Shown: positions 58,656 to 64,000 of the stretch, piece by piece | Layout: each line of letters begins with the position of its first letter | Position numbering within the stretch: position 1 is the first letter of the stretch | NCBI GenBank assembly: GCA_963733055.1 | Contig: CAVTBR010000001.1 | Coordinates: 790,925 to 854,924, forward strand | Length of the DNA stretch: 64,000 nucleotides | Direction of reading: 5' to 3' | Source: Candidatus Bathyarchaeota archaeon | GTDB taxonomy: Archaea; Thermoproteota; Bathyarchaeia; 40CM-2-53-6 | The notes under the pieces: generated by a model | Database searches by the model: none | Seen by the model: the letters and a program-made list of their open reading frames with translations, nothing else | What the model was told of the DNA's origin: nothing | Position numbers and translations under genes: made by a program

Positions 58656-59014
58656 GTGAGCGAATTGAAGTTCAAACGTAAGTGGTTCAAGCAAAGTCAT
58701 GCGACTGGTCACGGAACCGCTTGGAAGCTAGGTTATGTCCTTGCATTCGTTGGCGGCGTTGTGATTATCATACTTAGTTTGGCGAAGCTTGCGAATTTTC
58801 CTCTGTACGTGCCGATCAATGTACCTCTCGCGGGTATTTCGGAATAGGCGTGATCAGCTTGATACTTGGCGTAGTGGCTGTGTTTGGATCTAAGCGCGTA
58901 AATGAGTTGGTCTGGGGAATCGTTTTGATGATCGTCGGCTTCGTCGTCGGCGGAGTCGGTGGGCTACTCGCTTTAGTCGGGGGCCTGGTTGGATTGCTTT
59001 CGAGGTATGTCTAA
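58656..59014 (+). pseudogene. Small 3-TM membrane protein split by a frame change (58778-58847)
   Basis: The ORF ends ...PINVPLAGISE*. The next frame continues GYFGIGVISLILGVVAVFGSKRVNELVWGIVLMIVGFVVGGVGGLLALVGGLVGLLSRYV*, and its TAA overlaps the next ATG (TAATG). Confidence 0.55.
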
Positions 59015-59451
59015 TGGACAACGCGCCCGGATCCATCAATCCCTCCGCGGCGTCCGTTAAACCTCTCCAGAACACCTTTCTCTTCGATCTCGAAGGCCAC
59101 TCCATTCTCGCGGCAAAAGTCGCGAGTAAAGTTGCAAAGGAGATTTCAGGGCAGGATATGAAATCCTCAGGGGGCATAATTTCGAAGCTCAAGGCGAAAC
59201 TCGGTCTCACCAAAGAAACTGAACGATGGTTCGTCGTTACAAGCGTCGACAATCCTCTTCTCGCGGAACCTGACAAGTTCGGACTCCAGGTTGCAGAGAG
59301 ACTCACGAAAGCAACAGGCACTGCGGTCTCAAAAACGGACCTATCTATCTCTGCCAGCGCACCCGTTGCCGGAATCAAAGAGAAGGACGAGCCATCAGCT
59401 ACGGTCAGAGACGACCGAGAAGGGCTTGTCACGCAACCAATCACTGCCTAA
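59014..59451 (+). CDS. Hypothetical soluble protein
   Basis: 145 aa of balanced composition. The start overlaps the upstream stop by 1 nt. The antisense ORF 58890..59444 is Arg/Ser-rich and is rejected. Confidence 0.45.
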   Translation: MDNAPGSINPSAASVKPLQNTFLFDLEGHSILAAKVASKVAKEISGQDMKSSGGIISKLKAKLGLTKETERWFVVTSVDNPLLAEPDKFGLQVAERLTKATGTAVSKTDLSISASAPVAGIKEKDEPSATVRDDREGLVTQPITA

Positions 59452-59463
59452 ACGAGCCTCGAC

Positions 59464-60171
59464 TTAGGACGATCTCTCAAGACTGACTTCCAAGCTCTCG
59501 CGCAGTCTCAATAGGTGCCATCGCGCATCGTATACGACCTTACGCATGTTCCTAATTCTCATGGTATTCCGAAGTTCTTCCCCCGATTCGTCGAGTTTGA
59601 AATCGATGGTACCATCGGCGCCGGCTTCAAGGGTCTTGTAGACAGATTCAGGATGAACGCCCCTTACAATGCCAAGAATCTGGGTTGAGTCTCTTACGAC
59701 AGAGGAGGGGAAACTCCTGGTTAGTAGAAATTCGGTCCAAGCTTTGTCGTCATTGAACCTGGCTAGGGTTGAAACGTTGTCGCCGATCCTCAGCAGGTCA
59801 GGGTTAGGTGTTTCGTGCATGGCTTCTTTCGCGAAATGTATGCTGAGGTCGTGGATCCGCAGTGAATCAATCGCGAATTTCTCCCTCGACTTCTGACCCA
59901 AAGTAGCTGTATACCAATCGTAAATCATCAACTTGCCTGCGCTTTCCAACTCCTCGACATTGACTGAAAGCTGTCCAAGTGTAGCCCGAATGTCATTTGG
60001 TGTTTGACCGCCGGCATTGTAGATTAGAGCGCCGCCCTGCTTCAGCCAGCCCGCAGCGATGCTGAGGGAAGCGTTGTACCACTGCGATGATGGGTCGAAC
60101 TCAACTAGGATGTTTGATCCTGTCGGAATGGGTGCTTTAGTCAAGTCTCCGATTAACTGAATTTGTGGCAT
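59464..60171 (-). CDS. KaiC/RecA-superfamily domain protein lacking the Walker A P-loop (paralogue of 22687..23598)
   Basis: IPTGSNILVEFDPSSQWYNASLSIAA...LLRIGDNVSTLA...GTIDFKLDESGEELRNTMRIRNMRKVVYDARWHLL. Confidence 0.7.
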   Translation of the reverse strand: MPQIQLIGDLTKAPIPTGSNILVEFDPSSQWYNASLSIAAGWLKQGGALIYNAGGQTPNDIRATLGQLSVNVEELESAGKLMIYDWYTATLGQKSREKFAIDSLRIHDLSIHFAKEAMHETPNPDLLRIGDNVSTLARFNDDKAWTEFLLTRSFPSSVVRDSTQILGIVRGVHPESVYKTLEAGADGTIDFKLDESGEELRNTMRIRNMRKVVYDARWHLLRLRESLEVSLERSS

Positions 60172-60324
60172 GAGAATACAGAACCATTTTGAGGTGACTT
60201 AGTTGCTGTTACGGCTTTGTTTCCTGTGTATGGGTTTAATGGCACGCACGAGGTAAGTCTACTCTAGTTGGTCGTAATATAATGGGAATGCTAGGAGAGC
60301 ATCTCGGAGATGCGGTTCTCCCAG

Positions 60325-60744
60325 CTACTTCATCTTCGTGTTCAGATAGCGTAGGTCCTCTTCAAAGCCCTTGTTGAGGTTCTGTCTAACTGCGCCTTCG
60401 AGTTGCTTGTCGTCCATCATCTGCGATTTCATATCAACCTCACTCACTACCTTTGTTCCTCCCGATACCTCTGTGTAGGTGTTGACGATCTTGCCGGTCA
60501 TTGGTCCCTCTAGGAATTCGAGGGTTAGCTTGTCGGGTGGGCTTGGCGTGATTTTGAGGACGGTCTTTATGGTTCGGCCGTTCATCTCGCGTGTTTGCTC
60601 GAATGTTGTCATCTCCTTGTCTAGTGGCTTGCTTGACTTGGTGTCTGGATGAATGCCTTGCACGTCCGTCCCGTGAGCTTCGATGAGTCGCCAGACTTTA
60701 TCGCGTGACACTGGAAAGAGTCCTTCGTCGGTTACTTTCACCAT
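60325..60744 (-). CDS. SRPBCC (START/polyketide-cyclase-like) family protein
   Basis: 139 aa. The N-terminal ...FPVSRDKVWRLIEAH... pattern fits, and it is a paralogue of 60837..61259. Confidence 0.55.
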   Translation of the reverse strand: MVKVTDEGLFPVSRDKVWRLIEAHGTDVQGIHPDTKSSKPLDKEMTTFEQTREMNGRTIKTVLKITPSPPDKLTLEFLEGPMTGKIVNTYTEVSGGTKVVSEVDMKSQMMDDKQLEGAVRQNLNKGFEEDLRYLNTKMK

Positions 60745-60836
60745 TTTCTTTTCTCACCTCCTATTGCTTTCATTCTTTGCTTGTCTTCACCGTCTTAGAA
60801 AAACGGAAGGGAAAAGATGGGAATATGTGGCCTCGT

Positions 60837-61259
60837 CTACATTTTTGCTAGATTTGCCTGATCTTCGTCAAATACGGTCTGAAGGAAGCCCATGACTGCT
60901 TTTTTCAGCTGATCGTCTGGCATTGCTGAGGATTTCCATTCCCCAACCACTGTTACGCCAGTTTCCTTTCCCTTTGGTGTATAGTACTGTAACGATTTCG
61001 AACCTGCGAAAGGCCCATCTAAGATATCGAAGAACAGGCCTAACGGAGGCAGGGGCGTGAGCTTAGTTCTGACGGTTGCCAGCTTACTCCCCATATCTAC
61101 GTCATAGGTGAGGATCATGCCGCCCTCGCTTTGTTCACTTCTAAGATTCTTCAGGCTAGGATGATTGTGCTGTCCTTCGGACAGATTCAATTTCCAAATC
61201 TTGTCCAAGGATGCTTTGAATGTGCTTCCTTCATCCATTATGAATACCACATACTTCAC
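60837..61259 (-). CDS. SRPBCC-like protein (paralogue of 60325..60744)
   Basis: Shared architecture and shared C-terminal ...DDQLKKAVMGFLQTVFDEDQANL versus ...DDKQLEGAVRQNLNKGFEEDLRYL. Confidence 0.5.
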   Translation of the reverse strand: MKYVVFIMDEGSTFKASLDKIWKLNLSEGQHNHPSLKNLRSEQSEGGMILTYDVDMGSKLATVRTKLTPLPPLGLFFDILDGPFAGSKSLQYYTPKGKETGVTVVGEWKSSAMPDDQLKKAVMGFLQTVFDEDQANLAKM

Positions 61260-61272
61260 CTCCCACTGTTTG

Positions 61273-61842
61273 TCATCGTGTACTAGATGACGACTTCACG
61301 CGTGTGTCCATTGCTCTCTGCCAGCGTTGCATCCAGGCTGTTTCGTTCTCCTTCCACCATCTGTCGAACTCGTCCTTTGGGTGTTCGAGATAGTATTTCA
61401 GAACCTCACCGGCTAACATTTCCCAACCGACTTCGGTCCCCCAGTATGATTCGTCGCGTTCCGGGAAGCCCTGGTGTGTTATCGTTACCTTGGTGCCTCT
61501 CCCGGCTTTTTCGAACTTGACCGTAACCTTCGTCGGGCTCGTATCCATCCAGCTAGGAACTTTCTTGCCGGTTTCAGCGTCGTAATCGTTCATTTGCCAC
61601 GTATAGACGAGAAGTTCGTTTGGGACAACATCTAGTAGCTCGCCGGTGGCAACGTATCCATCTGTTTCACGTCCCATTTTCCATTTTCCGCCTTTCCGAG
61701 GCTCAATCTCATAATGGTCCGCCATCCACTCTTGCACATCCTCCTTATTCGTAAACGCCTTGAAGACTCGTTCAGGCGGAGCTTCGATCTGTAGAACCTT
61801 AACAATAGTACCCTTCATTGAATCCGTATCAGGTTGAGGCAT
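61273..61842 (-). CDS. AHSA1/SRPBCC domain protein
   Basis: IEAPPERVFKAFTNKEDVQEWM...LVYTWQM...VTITHQGF is typical of the Aha1-like START fold. Confidence 0.7.
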   Translation of the reverse strand: MPQPDTDSMKGTIVKVLQIEAPPERVFKAFTNKEDVQEWMADHYEIEPRKGGKWKMGRETDGYVATGELLDVVPNELLVYTWQMNDYDAETGKKVPSWMDTSPTKVTVKFEKAGRGTKVTITHQGFPERDESYWGTEVGWEMLAGEVLKYYLEHPKDEFDRWWKENETAWMQRWQRAMDTRVKSSSSTR

Positions 61843-61905
61843 CTATCTTACCGATGGTTAAATGGGGAATTAACTACTTATACCGTTGGCTAGTTAAAAT
61901 CAAAC

Positions 61906-62835
61906 ATGCCCAGACCAAAACCAACCGTTCTAGCCCGCCAGCTGTGGGGAAGGCGCGTCGCCGTTGAGGTAAAGATAGATTCCGGCGAGAATCTTCGACG
62001 TCAAATAACCACCGTACGCAGAGCCCTAAACTCCCCCACTTTGGCTGAAATCTTTCTCTTAATGGTAAAGGGTGCCAGTTCCCCGAGCGAGTTGGCGCGG
62101 GAGACGAGGAAATCCAAGTATGCCGTGAGCATTCAATTGGCAGCCTTGAAACGAGTCGGTCTCGTGAAGACCTCCAACCTGATAGTCGTGGACATGCGCC
62201 GTAAGAGTTACGAAATCGTTTGGGAAAAATTCGGAGAAATCTTCAAACAAGATCACGCGCTAGAATTAGAAATCTATGCAAATCAGCTCAGCGTGGTGGG
62301 GCTGAATGAAGTTCAAGGAGACATATCACGAGTCGGGCTCGCGATTACTGGGAATGGGAAACTTGGGCTGGTGAGGGAAATTCTGCCGCGAGATGTCTTA
62401 GTTCCCAATATGAATCAAGTTGGGCCGCAAGTAAATCAGCTGATTTGGGAATTCGTCGAGTTCTTCAAAGGCTACATGAAAGAACGTCGCTTCAATACAA
62501 TCCACGAATACCTTCTCGGTGTTTATGAGGAACTTTCCGAGCGCCATTCCAGGCTGCCAAGGAATTCAGAACTCTCACGGTTCTTTGAATTCAATGACCG
62601 TGCCTTCAAGAGAATAATGCCCGTCGAACAAATTTGGAGAAAATACCTGCCCAAGAAACCGAAGGCTAACTTCCTTCTCTACAAGGAAAAACCCGTGAAG
62701 GAATTTGCCATCAAATTGTTCGCGGAGGCGGGAAGCGCCGACCCCTCAGGCCGTTACATATTGAATGCTGAGGCACAAGCGGCCATCAAGCCAGGAGTGC
62801 CCCTCAGAATCTATCCAGCATATACCTACTCGTAG
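61906..62835 (+). CDS. Winged-helix (ArsR-like) N-terminal domain protein with an uncharacterised C-terminal domain
   Basis: ...ALNSPTLAEIFLLMVKGASSPSELARETRKSKYAVSIQLAALKRVGLVK... Confidence 0.55.
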   Translation: MPRPKPTVLARQLWGRRVAVEVKIDSGENLRRQITTVRRALNSPTLAEIFLLMVKGASSPSELARETRKSKYAVSIQLAALKRVGLVKTSNLIVVDMRRKSYEIVWEKFGEIFKQDHALELEIYANQLSVVGLNEVQGDISRVGLAITGNGKLGLVREILPRDVLVPNMNQVGPQVNQLIWEFVEFFKGYMKERRFNTIHEYLLGVYEELSERHSRLPRNSELSRFFEFNDRAFKRIMPVEQIWRKYLPKKPKANFLLYKEKPVKEFAIKLFAEAGSADPSGRYILNAEAQAAIKPGVPLRIYPAYTYS

Positions 62836-62880
62836 CCCGAAATCTCAAGCTGTTGAAAAGTAAGATAGTTCTCGAATGTT

Positions 62881-63993
62881 TCAGATGGTCAGTTTGCCGT
62901 TTTGAACGATGGTGTTTCCGTTGACGGATAGTGTGGCCTTTGTGAGGATGCCTGGGAAATAGAAATCGGTCTTGTTCGCTCCACCGATGTCGTCGTTGCC
63001 GCCAATTGCAACTGTAATTGCGCCCGCAGTTATACCATCCTGCAGAAAACCTATTCTTGCCTTAGGATTCAAGCCCACACCAACAACTGCTATCCTGTTC
63101 TTTTCGCCGGATGCTTTATCGTAACTCGCCTTGAAATGCCCAAAGTTCTGTGTCCCTCGGTAGTTGGTGACTATGCCGTCTTTGAAATCCAGACGGATTC
63201 CACCTACCCACTTGCCCATGTACGCGGTTGGTCTATCAAAGACAACCCTTCCCTCCGCAAACGTTTCATCCGGGCAAACAAAGACGTGACCGCCAGGGAT
63301 GTTGGCTACGTTCCTTCCGTGGTCTAGATCGGCATCATCGACTATGCAATCCTCTGAGTCCGCATCTCGGCCTGCCAGCCGGAGGTTCAAGTTTGTTCCG
63401 TTGGGAGACGTAATCTTAACGTCGCCGTTCTTCAATGAGGGAGTTAGTTTCGTTACTTGGTCTCTCAACGCAGCGAAATCAACAGTAGATGCTGCGATTA
63501 GCATTCGCTGCCACGCGGCTAATGGGAGCCTGTATAAGCGAGCCCGATTGGGGCTGGCATAGCCTAAACCGATCCGGGCCCCTTTCAGCCGGTACCGTTT
63601 AGCTCTCTCATACCATTCCTCATTATAGCTTGTAGCCGCTCTGAACTTTGAAGGGTTCTTCCAGACCTTAGAGAACTCGGCCGGTCCGGGGATGAAGATG
63701 TATCCCTTAGCTTTCTCAATCGCCGCCCACTCATGCACACCTACTTTACCCAGCTTATCTTCCGAAAGCGATTCAACTGACTGCCAGAACGTTCTCTCAT
63801 GCTCAAACAATAACATCGGGCGCACGCCTAACTCACGCAGTCGATAAATGAAATTCGTGGCGATAGGCAGGCCATGATCCCAAGTTTCGACAATTACATC
63901 ATCGCCTGAGTGAATCGCGAGCGTTTTGGAAAGAACGTTATCAACGAGATGATCATAATTGGCTAAGGCCATGATCCGCAAGCAAGCGAACAC
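62881..63993 (-). CDS. Aminopeptidase, M29 (AmpS/PepS) family
   Basis: 370 aa. The C-terminal ...VAIGGNDDIGGANKTDFYFPGIL...VNGNTIVQNGKL resembles M29. Assignment is from memory. Confidence 0.6.
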   Translation of the reverse strand: MFACLRIMALANYDHLVDNVLSKTLAIHSGDDVIVETWDHGLPIATNFIYRLRELGVRPMLLFEHERTFWQSVESLSEDKLGKVGVHEWAAIEKAKGYIFIPGPAEFSKVWKNPSKFRAATSYNEEWYERAKRYRLKGARIGLGYASPNRARLYRLPLAAWQRMLIAASTVDFAALRDQVTKLTPSLKNGDVKITSPNGTNLNLRLAGRDADSEDCIVDDADLDHGRNVANIPGGHVFVCPDETFAEGRVVFDRPTAYMGKWVGGIRLDFKDGIVTNYRGTQNFGHFKASYDKASGEKNRIAVVGVGLNPKARIGFLQDGITAGAITVAIGGNDDIGGANKTDFYFPGILTKATLSVNGNTIVQNGKLTI

Positions 63994-64000
63994 CCCTCAT

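Noticed and set aside
58890-59444. 184-aa minus-strand ORF.
   Set aside because: Its Arg/Ser/Pro-rich composition is typical of an antisense frame. The plus-strand ORF 59014..59451 has balanced composition and a stop/start overlap with the upstream gene.

Overview
This is an archaeal chromosomal segment of roughly 50% GC. The archaeal call rests on a Sec61-beta gene, Alba, a ZPR1-type zinc finger, a beta-CASP nuclease and TTTAAAT-type promoters. The lineage cannot be fixed without a database search. All protein calls come from motif recognition in the supplied translations, not from searches.

The window is gene-dense and mostly housekeeping. The main blocks are:
- TauE/DUF1634 membrane pair, glyA, Sec61-beta, a beta-CASP nuclease and ZPR1 (0-5 kb).
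- A family-5 peptide/nickel ABC transporter, with the SBP and two permeases on + and the two ATPases convergent on - (5-10.8 kb).
- A lipoate/2-oxoacid dehydrogenase cluster, lipA-E1a-E1b-E2-[2.3 kb insert]-lpdA-lipB (17.1-25.9 kb).
- RelE-type and VapBC toxin-antitoxin pairs.
- A 10-gene branched-chain amino acid cluster on the minus strand, cimA-ilvB-ilvN-ilvC-leuB-leuA-ilvD-leuC-leuD-ilvE (31.2-43.8 kb).
- moaA, Alba and a purine-salvage group (adenosine deaminase, permease, adenine deaminase).
- A class-III aminotransferase, Hbd, several cupins, three tandem SRPBCC genes and an M29 aminopeptidase.

I found no rRNA, no convincing tRNA, no CRISPR array, and no transposase or integrase.

Points worth a second look:
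1. At least seven otherwise conserved genes are broken by single-nucleotide frame changes. Five of them are repaired by changing the length of a 2-3-nt mononucleotide run by one base. This looks like assembly indel error, but it needs read-level checking.
2. glyA carries a clean 30-nt in-frame insertion that begins with TAG.
3. The 2-oxoacid dehydrogenase operon is interrupted by a repeat-bracketed insert. The repeats contain variable G/GT simple-sequence tracts. The insert carries a P-loop-less KaiC/RecA-like gene, and a paralogue sits at 59.5 kb in a similar gene context.
4. A RelE cassette is bracketed by blocks of a 15-nt dyad motif, next to a perfect 26-nt palindrome.
5. A 164-nt copy of the moaA promoter and 5' end, with an internal deletion, is fused in frame to an aspartokinase-like 3' remnant 17 kb from the parent gene.

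No clearly novel multi-gene system can be demonstrated from sequence alone. The dead-KaiC modules are the best candidate.
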